64,000 nt of DNA from Octopus sinensis (lineage: Eukaryota): assembly GCF_006345805.1 (NCBI RefSeq), contig NC_043004.1, forward strand, positions 100,812,001 to 100,876,000, written 5' to 3'. The notes beneath the pieces are model-generated. The model did not search any database. It worked only from the letters and a program-made list of their open reading frames with translations, and was not told the DNA's origin. This document shows, one piece after another, positions 1-13,973 of this stretch. How positions within the stretch are numbered: the stretch's first letter is position 1; the number at the start of each line of letters is the position of its first letter. A program made the position numbers and the translations under genes.

Positions 1-419
1 TTCTTTGGCAACCATGATATACAACCAAGTATATTAAAGGTCTACACGTCAAGACTGTGTTGCTTTTTGTATTAGCAGTCCGATGGTCTCGGTTCTTAAG
101 TTTAGCTCCACTGTTTTCCCATACAGCTCAGAGCCAGCATTGAAAGTTACGAGGTTTCGTATACGAGTACGCTTACGTAAACAATGCATATACAGCCATT
201 TATATAATGGGTGCACATGCATATTTAAAAAGAGTTGTTGAAATTACCTATTTTTTCTATTTTGGATTGTACGTTACTTTATTTACAAATACTTGAACTA
301 ATTGTTTACCACAAATGTGCCAGTCCCCATCCCAAAAACCCTGCGCTCTGTGTGCGTATCTCTTTGTACAAAGGGACATCGATGCATGCGAACTTATGCA
401 TTTATATATATATGTTAAC

Positions 420-450
<31 letters not shown>

Positions 451-653
451 TAATAATAATAATATAATAATAATAATAATAAAATGACAACAAAAGAATG
501 AGACATCGGTATTATGTAAATAGACGAATATATATATATATATAATATATATATATATATAAATATTATTAGAGACAAAACCACTATTTTGCAAAACAAA
601 CAAGGAAAGACTTAATCAATACATAAAATTTTAATAAATAGTCAAAAAAACCG

Positions 654-695
654 CCACTACAATCGTTTCTTGTCTGATCGACAATCTTCAGGTGG
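654..695 (-). ncRNA. Minimal type I hammerhead ribozyme (intact core)
   Basis: Minus strand reads ccac CTGAAGA ttgtc gatca gacaa GAAAC gatt GTA gtgg: stem I ccac/gtgg, stem II ttgtc/gacaa, CUGANGA and GAAA core, GUA cleavage triplet. Confidence 0.85.
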
Positions 696-3600
696 ACTTC
701 CAATCTAAAAAATCAAAATTTTAAAATATAAAATTATAATTTTAAATAATTAAAGTATAAATGAAAAAATATAAGTATATAATCCATATATAACCTATAT
801 ATAATCCATATCGAAAATATAGACAAATTACCACGAATCCCTAAAAAAAACCATGATAAAACAAAACTCTTAAAAATAATAACGATAAAATCTCCCTTTC
901 CTAACTCTAAAACAAACTATATAGTATCCCCCTAACCTAAACATTCACACACAAATACACACACGTAAACCACAGACCCACGACTTAGACACATACCTAT
1001 ACTAACTTATAAACCTCAATATACACCAAAACCCACTCCCTCCCCACACAGACAAATTAACACATACATCCCAAAACCTAAATAACAAACCCATATACAC
1101 ATTCACACACAACACACACACACACGCAAAACACGCAAAACACAACAGATATATAACTCCCTCACATATACGCCATCCATACTCACTAAACTCGACATAT
1201 ACAACAATACTTACACACCACAAAAATCATTAAATACATTTATTAGCTTTAACTCACCTTAGCAGCTCTAACAAACAACTTGCAGTAACCCAATCCCATT
1301 CTCTATGCCTACCTCACTACTACACTATTCCATTCACAATTCCAAGCAACACTAGTCCACCACCCGGTTATTCACGTGCAAAACGAACACCACTCAAATT
1401 ATGAATGAAACAATGTAAAAAATAACCAACATCGAAAATAGACAAATTACCACGAATTACCTAAAAAAAACCATGATAAACCAAAAACTCATAAAGCATA
1501 TAACGATAAAATCTCCCTTGCTAAACCCTATAACAAACTTAAATAGCAATCCCCCTAACCAAACATTCACACACAAATACACACACGTAAACCACTGTAC
1601 TTGGGATTGCATGTGAGCCTCAGCATATGCACCTAACGGCCACTCCCGCCCCACATGGATAAATAAACACATACATCCCCAAAATGGGAGAGTAATCCAT
1701 TCACACCAATTGTATATAATTATACACACTAGAATAATACATAACTAACCCAAATATACAGAACATACTAATAATCACCAACTAACCACCATCATAAATG
1801 AAACCCACACCCATACAATGACAAAAACTCCCCCCCATACCCTATTACACCCCACATAGTAATCCCAATATATTCATCCATACATGGACGCAAGTGCGTG
1901 AAGCACATGCACATAAATAGTACGTACAACCCCTAATACACACTAATATATACGTATCAAGCTCGACCTCCACAGCGATACGTTTACAACCACTCACACC
2001 CAGATGGGTGAATTGCACAACCAGTGAATGCTCACACACACGGGCGCGATTACATTGTTGCATATATCGAGCCAAAATAGTATGCATATGTACATGTGAG
2101 GGGTACACGCAAATGAAGTGAGCGTGTACCCCCTGCATTTATACCGTGCGTGAATATACACTGGAGACTACCACACAGGTACAAATTGTTTAGAAATGGG
2201 AGCCCCATCACTACACTTAATGTATACTCTCACATCCGCACGAATGTGTAAGTGTATCTCCAGTGTATATGTTGAGGCTTATATGTAGCGTTGTGGAAGG
2301 GAACGTCGTTTAAATTGTGAATGAATGGGTGGAGTTGGGAATTGTAACGGGTCGTGGACTAGCGTTGCTTGGAATTGTGAATGGATTAGTGTGGTAGTGA
2401 GGTATGCATCGAGAATAGTTATGGGTTACTGTAAGTTGTTGTTAGAGCTGCTAGGGTGAGCTAAAGCTCATAAATGTATATAATGATTTTCATGGTAGTT
2501 TTTAAAGAATCCATTCATAATAATTTTTTTAAGTAGCGTTGGTTTGCTACGTGGATATAGTTTTTAGTTCCATTTATTATATTTCTCCATTCATATTTTG
2601 AATGACGTTTACTTTCTATGGCGTGTATTCTTTTTTTACATAAGTTATTTCTATGGTAACGTAATTTTTGTTTGGTTTTTAACGGCTAAGAATTTAATTT
2701 TCACTTCATAATGTGTAACTGAATTGTAAGTATGTATTTGATTTATCCTTATGTCAATTGTTATTTTTGATATTCTGGTTAATTACGATGTATTTAATGT
2801 TGTTTTCATAGGAGTGTTATGTATATGAGATTGGTTGTGAGTTTTTAGTTGTATAATTAATTTATTTATCTGTATGAGTGTGGGTGTGTAAATATTGTTG
2901 TATATATCGAGTTTAGTGAGTAGTATATGCGTATATGTGAGGGAGTATATGTATCTGTTGTGTGTGTGTGTGTTTTGCGTGTGTGTGTGTTTGTGTGTGA
3001 ATGTGTATTTGGGTTTGTTATTTAGGTTTTGGGATGATGTGTTAATTTGTCTGGAGGGAGGAGGGAGTGGGTTTTTTGTGTATTTTGAGGTTATAAGTTA
3101 GTATAGGTTTGTGGTATAAGTCTTGGGTCTGTGGTTTAGTGTGTGTATTTGTGTGTGAATGTTTAGGTTAGGGGGATTGCTATTTAAGTTTGTTATAGGG
3201 TTTAGCAAAGGGAGATTTTATCGTTATATGCTTTTATGAGTTTGGTTTTATCATGGTTTTTTTTTAGGTAATTCGTGGGAAATTGTCTATTTTCGATGTT
3301 GGTTTTTTTTTTACATTGTTCATTCATAATTTTTGAGTGGTGTTCGTTTTGCCACGTGAATAACCGGGTGGTGGACTAGCGTTGCTTGGAATTGTGAATG
3401 GATAGTGTGAGTAGTGAGGTGGGCATAGAGAATGGGATTGGGGTTACTGCAAGTTGTTTGTTAGAGAGCTTAAGGTGAGTTAAAGCTAATAAATGTATTT
3501 AATGATTTTTGTGGGTGTGTAAGTAGTGTTGTATATGTCGAGTTAGTGAGTATGTATATGCGTATATGTGAGGGAGTATATGTATCTGTTGTGTGTGCGT

Positions 3601-4041
3601 GTTTTGCGTGTGTGTGTGTGTTTGTATGTGAATGTGTATATGGGTTTGTTATTTAGGTTTTGGGATGTATGTGTTAATTGTGTGTGTGGGGAAGTGAGTG
3701 GGTTTTTGGTGTATATTGAGGTTTATAAGTTAGTATAGGGTATGTGTATAAGTCGTGGGTCTGTGGTTTACGTGTGTGTGTATTTGTGTGTGAATGTTTA
3801 GGTTAGGGGATTACTATATAGGTTGTTTTAGAGTTTAGGAAAGGGAGATTTTATCGTTATATGTTTTTAAGAGTTTTGTTTTTATCATGGTTTTTTTTAG
3901 GGAATCGTGGTAATTTGTTATATTTCGATATGGATTATATATAGGTTATATATGGATTATATACTTATATTTTTTCTTTATACTTTAATTATTAAAAATT
4001 ATAATTTTATATTTTAAAATTTGATTTTTTAGATTGGAAGT

Positions 4042-4085
4042 CCACCTGAAGATTGTCGATCAAGACAAGAAAACGATTGTAGTGG
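4042..4085 (+). ncRNA. Minimal type I hammerhead ribozyme (copy of 654-695 with an extra A in GAAA and in loop II)
   Basis: ccac CTGAAGA ttgtc gatcaa gacaa GAAAAC gatt GTA gtgg. Confidence 0.75.
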
Positions 4086-4328
4086 CGGTTTTTTTGACTA
4101 TTTATAAAATTTTATGTATTGATTAAGTCTTTCCTGTTTGTTTTGCAAAATAGTGGTTTTGTCTCTATAATATTTATAATATTTTACTATAAAATTGGAT
4201 TTAATCCTAAATCTGATTTTTTCCCCTGTAAATTTGGATTTATTCCCTAATATTTATTATTATATATATATATTATATATATATTATATATATTATTATT
4301 GATATATATTACTGATTATCCTATACTC

Positions 4329-4409
<81 letters not shown>

Positions 4410-5859
4410 TTATTGATATATATTACTGATTATCCTATACTCCTCTCTCTCTCTCTCTCTCTATACATATTATATATATATATATATTATATATATATAT
4501 ATATATAGATATATATATATATAATATATATATATATATATACATATAACGCTTGACTTAACAAAGCGAAAAGAGAACTCAATATATAAATCAGAGTATA
4601 AATTTTTTAGGCGAGATTACTACAGAAATTACTAAGGGACTTAGAGTTCTGTACCAAAGGACTTTTCAAACTGAGATTTTAAAAACACACTAGAAAAGCA
4701 TCTATTCCATTGCTGTCGAAATCGAAAGAATGCCATAAAGGGAATATAGTTTTTTGCAGGTGAGTAGAATAAATATATTTAAAAACTAGCCGACATAATA
4801 GGTTGTAAACGTGAAATGACATATATGTACAGATCGACGTACGTCTGAATGAGATCGTATTCCTCAATCTTTCACAAGCGAAGTGAAATGCATCATAGTG
4901 TTATGTTTCTAAGAAGAATTGCACCTCACACAATTCCATATTATCTAATTGTGACGTCTTCGTCGTTTGATTTGCTCCACAGCATCTTATTACTGCATCT
5001 GGCCCTTTTTCTCTCACACACTCCTAAGCATTAAGCACCGGTATGTGTCACTCTTTTCTTCGTTTTTTGCTTTATGAACACTGTAGGAGGCCCATATGTT
5101 ATCTCTCCAGATGAGCGTGTTGGCTTCTCTGGAGTTCGCCTGTTTTCCTTCGACAGACACCTGCTCAACTGTCTCGAGTTTTTTTTTTTCCCCCTCTAGG
5201 TGGAAAGAGAGATATGAATCTTTTGCCTGGTCCTTGTTTGACGAATTTGTTACGTAAGGAGGACACTCTCTTTTCTAATATACTTTAACCATGTTTTCTT
5301 TTCTTTTCTGCAGGGAGTAACCCATATTCCAAAATTCAACTCTTCTGCAATGCTAAAGTTTGATATCATCGCTGGTAAAACTTATATTGTGGTATCCCTA
5401 GGTTTTTTTCTTTTCTATTTGTCGGTGTAAATCGCTGTGTAGAACTGTGTCTGTGTCTACAACATCACTTCGAATCAACATCGTTTTTGTATGGTTATCT
5501 ATTTAAAAAATTTTTCTTATTTTATGATCGCTTTGTTTTGTCAAACATTTTAGGGTGCATTCGTTGCTGCATTCTTTGTCTCTAACACGTCTTTTACTCC
5601 GCCATAGCTGGTCATAGCATTCTACTAGTAAACAGTAATTTTAAATATATAAAAGAAAATACAAAACTGCCCAAGGATAATCCTTACTTTTTAGCCCCAG
5701 GGTAAAAAGATGAGCGCTGAAATTTTCTAAAACCCTTTGTTGGCAAAATGAATCAAAAACTATTCTTTTCGATCAAGTGAAATATGGTAAATCCTATTCT
5801 TTTCTGGAGCTTTATATCAGGCTATCAACTCCCAACCAAACAATAGTAAAAACAACAAG

Positions 5860-6240
<381 letters not shown>

Positions 6241-7665
6241 GATTTATTGTTTTTTCATACTTTGGCATAGAGCCTTCTATTTCAGTTTAAGAGGGTAGTT
6301 GAAATATTCAATAGCATTCATTAAACATATTTGTACCTCATTAGCAATCCTTCTGTATTTCCCAAACCATTAAGCCATTCTGAGAATTCTCAAGAAAAAA
6401 TAATAAATAAATAAATGACTAATCTACCCCTAGCAACAGCACCACGTCCACCACCCTTACGTAAAAGAAAAAGAAACTACAGAGCAAAGGAAGAAAGTAA
6501 CTTGAGTAAAAAGAAAAAAAAACACATGGAGGGTGAGAATTGCGAAAATGTTGATGTGAAGAATGTAGCATATGCACATAAAAAGTTATCATAAAATTAT
6601 GCATAGACGTTAGGTTGTTAATCCCCGTGCGAGTTTGAAACCCCCGGTATGAGACAAAATTCATATTTAACAAATGTGTGCACGCACGTACTGGCTAAGA
6701 CGCCGAGTATGGTCAGTTAAAAGATTCGTTGCACAATTGCAAGATAAACGCATGTGCATATGAATATGCACACATAAAATTGGTCATAAAAATTTGCATG
6801 GTGATTAGTCTGAAAATCCGGCTGCATATTTACGAGAACATGGCTGCCGATATGCATACTAAATCTTCAGTTTGCCTGATATGTCTGCAAGACAACGATC
6901 GCATTTACACAAAAGTCACATACATTTGCAAGTCATGTCAGCGTGGTCACATCATATTCAACTTTCCCTACACACCGAAATATATGCAAACACATTTACT
7001 TACGAATGCATGTGACATCTTTGCTTATTTTTCCCACTGTGTATTTCTAACAGAATCACTTAGAAAAGTGCACGTGCATATTCGTGTGCGTTCGTTTGCG
7101 TGTTTGCTTATACACACACACACACGCACCACTACCACCACCGCAACCATCACACATTTGCTTATGTAAGTATCGCATAACAGATTTACAAGTCAATATA
7201 CAAAATTAAGTGGCGAGTGTCTCGGAATAATTAAGATACTCTAATAACCTGACTCCACCAAAGGATTCGGGAAAGACATGACGATCACAACTTCTCTTTC
7301 TATATCTCCATAATTAAGGCAATATATATTTCGTCAGTGGTTCATGGACACCTCAGGTCACAAAGGGTCAAGAAATTCGTTTGATCGCATTAGCAGTATT
7401 TGAGATGTGAACGCTTATCTCATCCTTGTTTTATACACATTGATAAGCCTCGGTTGTTATTGGGAAGTTTTGCCTTCTTGTTTTATCTTCTTTTGGTTCT
7501 CTACCGATTCCACATCGGCGTACATGTTTTATAATTGAGTGCACTACGACACATTTGTTTCTAAGTATATATGTGTGTGTGTGGTGTGTGTGTGATTCCA
7601 TTTACACATTTGCTCTCACCGGATAGTCAGTGTTGGTTCTTGAATGCTTATAGCAGACGTCTTCA

Positions 7666-7717
<52 letters not shown>

Positions 7718-10253
7718 ATATATATATACATATAATATACATATATATATATATACACATATATACATATACATATATACATATAATATATATATAATAT
7801 ATATATATTATGTATGTATATGTATGTATACATATATTATATAATGTATGTATATATATATATATATGTATATCTCTATATATACACATATATATGTATA
7901 TGTATGTATGCATATATTCATACATACATAAACACATACGTACATATGTATGTATGTGTATGAATGTATGTGCGTATGCATGTATATATATATATATATA
8001 TATATTATTATATATATATGAATATATATATACGTATGTACATGTGTTTGTGTGCGTATGAGTGAGTTTGTGTGTGCATGTGCATATACATGAGTGTGTA
8101 TTAGTTGTTATGGATACAATAACTGCATTATTGGAAAGAAGTTAGGAAGGGAGAGACAAAAAGAAATAGACACAGTGGTGGGGGAGAGAGGGAGAGAAAG
8201 GGAGAGAAAGGGAGGAAGAGAGATAATGAGACGGAGAGAGAAAGAGTGAGGTGCCGGATGATTGACCCCTTGACCGAATACTCCCACCATTTCTTATTGA
8301 TATCACCCTCCGCTAAGCAACTCCCTAGCAATTATGGATGGCTGCCCAGATGGTTGGTTACATTTAGCAGACGACACAGAAAACAAATTAGAGAGTTAGG
8401 AAAGAAATAGAAAGAAGGCAATAACAGAGAGTTGGAGAAAGAATGAGAGCGAGCGGACGAGAGAGAGAGAGAGATGTTAGAGAGAGAGAGAGATGGTAGA
8501 GAGAGAGAGAGATGTTAGAGAGAGAGAGAGATGGTAGAGAGAGAGAGAGAGAGCAAGAAGTGAAGGACTAAGGAAAAAGTGACAGTATGAAACCGTGAAA
8601 GATCTAGATTGATTATAAAGATGGAGAGAGCAAGAGAGATTGATAGAGAGTAGTGTAGAGGGGAGATAACACAGGACGGTGGAAGAGAAAGGTAGGAGAG
8701 AAAAAGAATCATGATATATATACATATATATTATATATATATATAATATATATATATATATATAATATATATATTATATATATATATATCTATATATATA
8801 TATACATACACAGATACAGCAAGAGAGAGAGAGAGAGTTGCATAAATAAGAGAGAGAAGTTGATAGCAATAGAGTGAAAGAGAGAGAGAGAGAGAGGAAT
8901 AAAAGAAAAAGAGCAATGATAGAAAAAGTGAACAGAATATACGAGAGAGGGAGAGAAAGAGAGTGAGGTGAAAGGGGAAAGAGTTGTTCAAGTTTCCATT
9001 TCTATCATTTCTCATTGCCATCATTCTATATCCACAGTAAAAGATTACCCGAGTATTGACGGTAACATGAGCAGATGGTTGGTTCCATTTAGTAGCAGAC
9101 AACACTTGTCTGTCCAGCCAAACTGACCTCTGCCTTAGTGACACACTGTTATTCTTGTTGGTATCCGTGGTGGCAAAGATAGTGGCAGTTTCAGTGGTAT
9201 CCGTAGTGGCAAAGATGGCGGCAGTTTCTGCTGTTATTGTTGCGAGAGAAGGCGTTGGGAATTAATGGCGGTGTTGGGTAGAGGATAGTGTGTGCGCTGA
9301 AGCATATTGTTGTTGTTTAATCCGAGCCAACCCTGATATAGATGACCTACGATCAAAGGTACCCCACCCATGATCATCCCATCTTTTCTCAATAAAGTGC
9401 ACTTTATTCAAGATGTTTGCTTTTTTAACACGACAGGGTGTCAGTTAAAGAACATATAGCTGCTATTTCTAGCAGGTCGAAAGACCACGTAATGGCTTCA
9501 TTGCTGGCTCGTTAGTCGTGTTAATATTACCAGTTAAGGTATTGGTAGTGATGGTGATATGGTTGTTATGATAGTAATGGTGATGGTAGTGTAGGATTGA
9601 GATTACTTTTGGTCCCCATAGCTGCTGGCGTTGCTGATCATACTGTTGTTGTCGTTGTTGTTGTTGTGTTGTTGTTGTTGCTACTGCTGCTGCTGGTTGT
9701 GGTGGTGGTGTTATGGGTTCGAGATGTGTTATACATTGATTGTAGCTGATACTGGGTGTTCGTATCAATTGAGAAGGAGGACAGCCCAGATTTGTTGTCT
9801 CACCATATCACTCAAATGACCATCAGTTCTCCTTCCATCTTTCCTCCCTACCAACATCTTCTCCTCCTCCGTCACTTCCCTGCATTCCACTTGCCACTGC
9901 CATGGTAACAAAACATTTCAATTGTAGTTACTATCAGTAAAAATAGTCGGCGTACTTTTCAAGTTTGTAGTGTGAACGGTGATTGTGGCAAAGCGATAGT
10001 TAGGGTTGTGGGGGGTAGTAAAGGTAGTGGTGGTGTTTGTGGTTTGTTTGTTCGTGATGATAACAGTGATGTAAGTGATGCTGGAGATTGCGATGGTGGA
10101 GGTGATGGTGGTGTTGTTGGTGATAAATGTGGCCATTGTCACAGTGATAATATTGAGTTCAATGATGGCGAACAAATGCTTTTAGCATGGAAAACGAAAG
10201 AGCGCACGTGTCGGTCAACAAGGTGACTGAGAACCTAAGAGAGAAAGAGAATG

Positions 10254-10287
<34 letters not shown>

Positions 10288-11076
10288 TGAGAGAAAGAAA
10301 GAAAGAGCGCTTGTATGTAAGTGTGTGTGGTTAGACCACTCGGGGGAGTGAGGAGCATCCAATATGGCCATTTAAGTAAAGAAGAGGTGGTCAGGGATCT
10401 TTAGCGTCCGGCCATTTTACTGTCCAATGGCGAGGCCAGCGGTTATAGAGTCAAAAATCGCTCGTCCGCACCAGATGTTGATGCTGGCAAGAGGCTAGCG
10501 AGCAAAAGACCTTCGATATATATATATAAAAAAAAAGTATGTAACAATAATAGCTATATAGTTTTATATGTGTGTGTATGCATTATGAGTCTGCATGCGT
10601 TTATATGTATGTGTGTATCTCTGCAAGTATACTCGTATGTGTGTGTGTGTGTGTGTGTATGTGTGTGTGTGTGCGCGTGTGTGTTGTGTGTATTGCACCA
10701 TTGTAAAGACTATTATCTGCTTGTATATAGTAAAACGTGTAGTAATTGTGGTCGTTAACAAAAATTCTTCGTGAGAGTATATGTATATGTGAACACTCGT
10801 CTATCTCTAAATGTTATCCAACCAAATATGTAATTTGACTAATAAGTGACTAATGGGAAAATTTATCCTCTGCATTGGTTATTTACACTAGTGTGTATCG
10901 TCCCTACTGTTCATAATAGTTGAAGCTTACTAGAAATGTGAATTAGATTTCAGCTACAAGAGCTAAATTGCATAGTTAAAGGAAATACCAAAATATTTTC
11001 TAGACGTTTAAATCTTCCAAACTAACTGCAATAGTATGCGGCAACCACTTGAATAAAATTCCATTCTATTATAGAT

Positions 11077-11380
11077 CACGAGGATCACGGGACCGACCAG
11101 ACCATCAGATGTTGTCACACATCGCTGGTCACAATGCGTTTGCACTGTTTTAGCCTTCGAATGACGCCACCCCGCTGGCTAAGCGAGCAGGCCAACAGAA
11201 GAAAGAGTGGGAGAAAGAGTGGTGAAAGAGTACAGCAGGGATCACCACCCCCTGCCGGAGCCTCGTGGAGCTTTTGTGTTTTCGCTCAATAAACACTCAC
11301 AACGCCCGGTCTGAGAATCGAAACCGCGATCCTGCGACCGCGAGTCCGCTGCCCTAACCACTAGGCCATTGCGCCTCCAC
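11077..11380 (-). mobile_element. tRNA-derived SINE (head type 1, tail A)
   Basis: Minus-strand head ggaggcgcaatggcctagtggttagggcagcggactcgcggtc...ggtttcgattc has Pol III A/B boxes. 11-bp TSD ctattatagat at 11066-11076 and 11381-11391. Confidence 0.9.
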
Positions 11381-11394
11381 CTATTATAGATACA

Positions 11395-11590
11395 AGGCCT
11401 TAATTTTTTAGTGACGGGGATAGTCGATAACCTCAACCCCAGTATTAGACTGGTACTTAATTTATCGATTCAGAAAAGATGACAGGTGAAGTCGATATCG
11501 TCGCAATTTAAACACAGAACGTAAAGACGGTCGAAATGACGCTAATCATTTTGTTTGGTGTGCTAACGATTCTGCCATTTCCCCCGCCTT
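11395..11590 (-). mobile_element. Diverged tRNA-derived SINE with MetaSINE-like core
   Basis: Similar to the copies at 19301-19533 and 43007-43233 (ctggtacttaatttatcga...gctaacgattctgcca). Confidence 0.75.
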
Positions 11591-12223
11591 AATTCACTGG
11601 AATAGTGATTCTTTTTTACTGTAAGCACAAATGCTGAACCAGCTTGAATAGCAATTCGAACGAAGAAGCATGAGTTTATGAGGCTATTCTTTTTTCCAGT
11701 CGGTGCTGTTGACATAGTCATAACGTCGTCCAATACTGGCCAAAAGATTTCTACGCAATTTATGTTATATATCACAGTGGTGCAATATATAGATATTCGA
11801 TTGAACTTCCGTGGGGAAAAAATCACCTATCACTGAAAGATTCGACTTCATTCCACCACTGTGTACAGGTGGATGGTGTTGGGTTCGAGTTTGTCGCAAG
11901 AGGATTATTTGGGTAAGAAAAGGTGCTGAATTTAAAAACAAGCTGAGTTGCAAGCTTCTATTGTGCAAATCTTCGCACGCACGCTCATAGATCTAAGCAC
12001 ATTCACGTACAAGGATGTATGCGTATATCTATTTATCTATCTATTTATCTTGTATCAATCTACACACACACACACACACACGCATATATATATATATATT
12101 ATATATATATACATACACACAGTATATGTGTATATATATATATTATATGTATGTTTATAGATATATAGGTGAAGATAAACTACTTGGGAATGGATGCGTC
12201 ACGCTGAATTAAATAAATAAATA

Positions 12224-12258
<35 letters not shown>

Positions 12259-12408
12259 GAAGGGTGAAATTAATTAATTTGGAATAATTATCAATTACAC
12301 CAAGTAGTCTCGGCATGTAAAAGCCTCATTCGAGAAAATTTAAGTAATCATTTAGTATTGCTTAGTATTGCTTAGTATTACTTATTGCTTGTTATTACTT
12401 ATATATAT

Positions 12409-12442
<34 letters not shown>

Positions 12443-12780
12443 GTATACTCTTACTCTTTTACTCTTTTACTCTTTAAGATTCCAATAACTTGTGAGTAAA
12501 TTCCAATAGTATTTAAAATTGGTCAATCCAAATATAGAGTTTGCACACAGTGCTATTGAATCGAGAGTTTTATTTAAAGCCATATATATATATATATATA
12601 TATATACAGAGAAAGAGAGAGGGTAAGATAAGAAACAGAATGGGATTTTCGATAATTCCCACGTGGTAAGTTGTAATGCAAAAAATATATATGTAAAAAA
12701 TAAAAGAAGGAAAATGCACCCAGTTTACATAATTTTGATATATATTTTAATATATTTTATAAGTAAAAGAGTATTGTGTT

Positions 12781-12813
12781 TATCGACCGGTTTCGCTTTC
12801 GCTAATCACGACA
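12781..12813 (-). ncRNA. Ultra-minimal hammerhead-like motif with non-canonical positions 3 and 8 (G3/U8)
   Basis: Minus strand reads tgtc GTGATTA gc gaaa gc GAAAC cg GTC gata: stem I tgtc/gata, GNRA-capped stem II, palindromic stem III accggt, GUC triplet. Confidence 0.55.
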
Positions 12814-12960
12814 CTGGAGCTATCGTAATTTCATATTTTCTTACGAAGAGTTTAGTCTATGTTGTGAATGAGACATTCAGAGAACACGAAAGAGCATGCG
12901 TAAGCCAGTATTCACAAACGTACATAGACGTACGTTCCTCCACATATGTACATACATACA

Positions 12961-13000
<40 letters not shown>

Positions 13001-13778
13001 TATATATATATATACACACATACACCTAGGGAAATATATATGTATATATATGTATAGATATGGATGTACATGTGTGTCTGTACCTGTTTGGGTGTAAGAA
13101 AGACTTTATTTATATATATATAAGTGTGTGTGTGTGTGTGGTGTGTAAAATGTCTCATGTACATACGAACGGATATGCACTAGCTTAGCCAGACCGTGTA
13201 TTTGAATGTAGTATCTGTGTATATGTTTGTGTTTGCATGTGTGTATATGTGAGGGTGTATGTGAGTGTGTGTGTGTGTGTGTATTTGTATGTGTGGGTGC
13301 GTTTGTCTTTGTACGTTTGTGCACACTGGCGTGCGTATGTTCTTTTGTGCTCTCTGAACGTTCATGTGATACGATAAAACCAAGTATCACATGAAGATAA
13401 AAGTGATATTAAAGTGGATAGTCGCACAGTGGAGACTTCTGATCGACGCTAGAGCACAATAAAATGACAGACTGGAGTGGTACCCGTGATTTTCCAGGCG
13501 ACGTGGGAAGTGAATTTAGTGATATCAATTGCCATAATAAAATACATATTAACTATACCGATGAATGTAGCTAGAATATGACAAACTTGATATAGAACAC
13601 TCCTGTGAGAGCGAAATATTGGTATTAGTAATTCCCACCTCCGTCGCCCTTGTGACAATAATGAAGTCATCATTACACAATGCGTCTATTTTTGTTGTTA
13701 TGGTCGCATCATCATAATCATCATCATCATCATAATCATCATCATCATCGTTATTATTAGTATTATTATTGTTGTTGA

Positions 13779-13840
<62 letters not shown>

Positions 13841-13926
13841 TATTATTATTATTATTATCTTTGTGTAGACTTACAGCATGCGGAAAGATATCATAGCAAC
13901 TTTGAATAAAACCATCAGATTTCTCG

Positions 13927-13973
<47 letters not shown>

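Larger units (their letters stand above)
561..4260. mobile_element. Large inverted-repeat element (arms ~561-1594 and ~3131-4175), probably inverted Penelope-like pseudo-LTRs of a non-autonomous element
   Basis: Left arm 'aaatattattagagacaaaaccactattttgcaaaac...' is the reverse complement of the right arm ending '...gttttgcaaaatagtggttttgtctctataatattt'. C/A-rich composition flips to G/T-rich near 2265. The right arm has an extra tail (4176-4260). Each arm carries an HHR, and no coding ORF is present. Confidence 0.8.

Noticed and set aside
1-140. Minus-strand LRTETIGLLIQ resembling the R4 LKxETEGLI motif
   Set aside because: Too short and diverged to support a call.
5200-5374. Two exon-like segments (5200-5253, 5314-5374) around a 60-nt GT-AG intron
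   Set aside because: The spliced product has a stop in all three frames and no recognisable protein.
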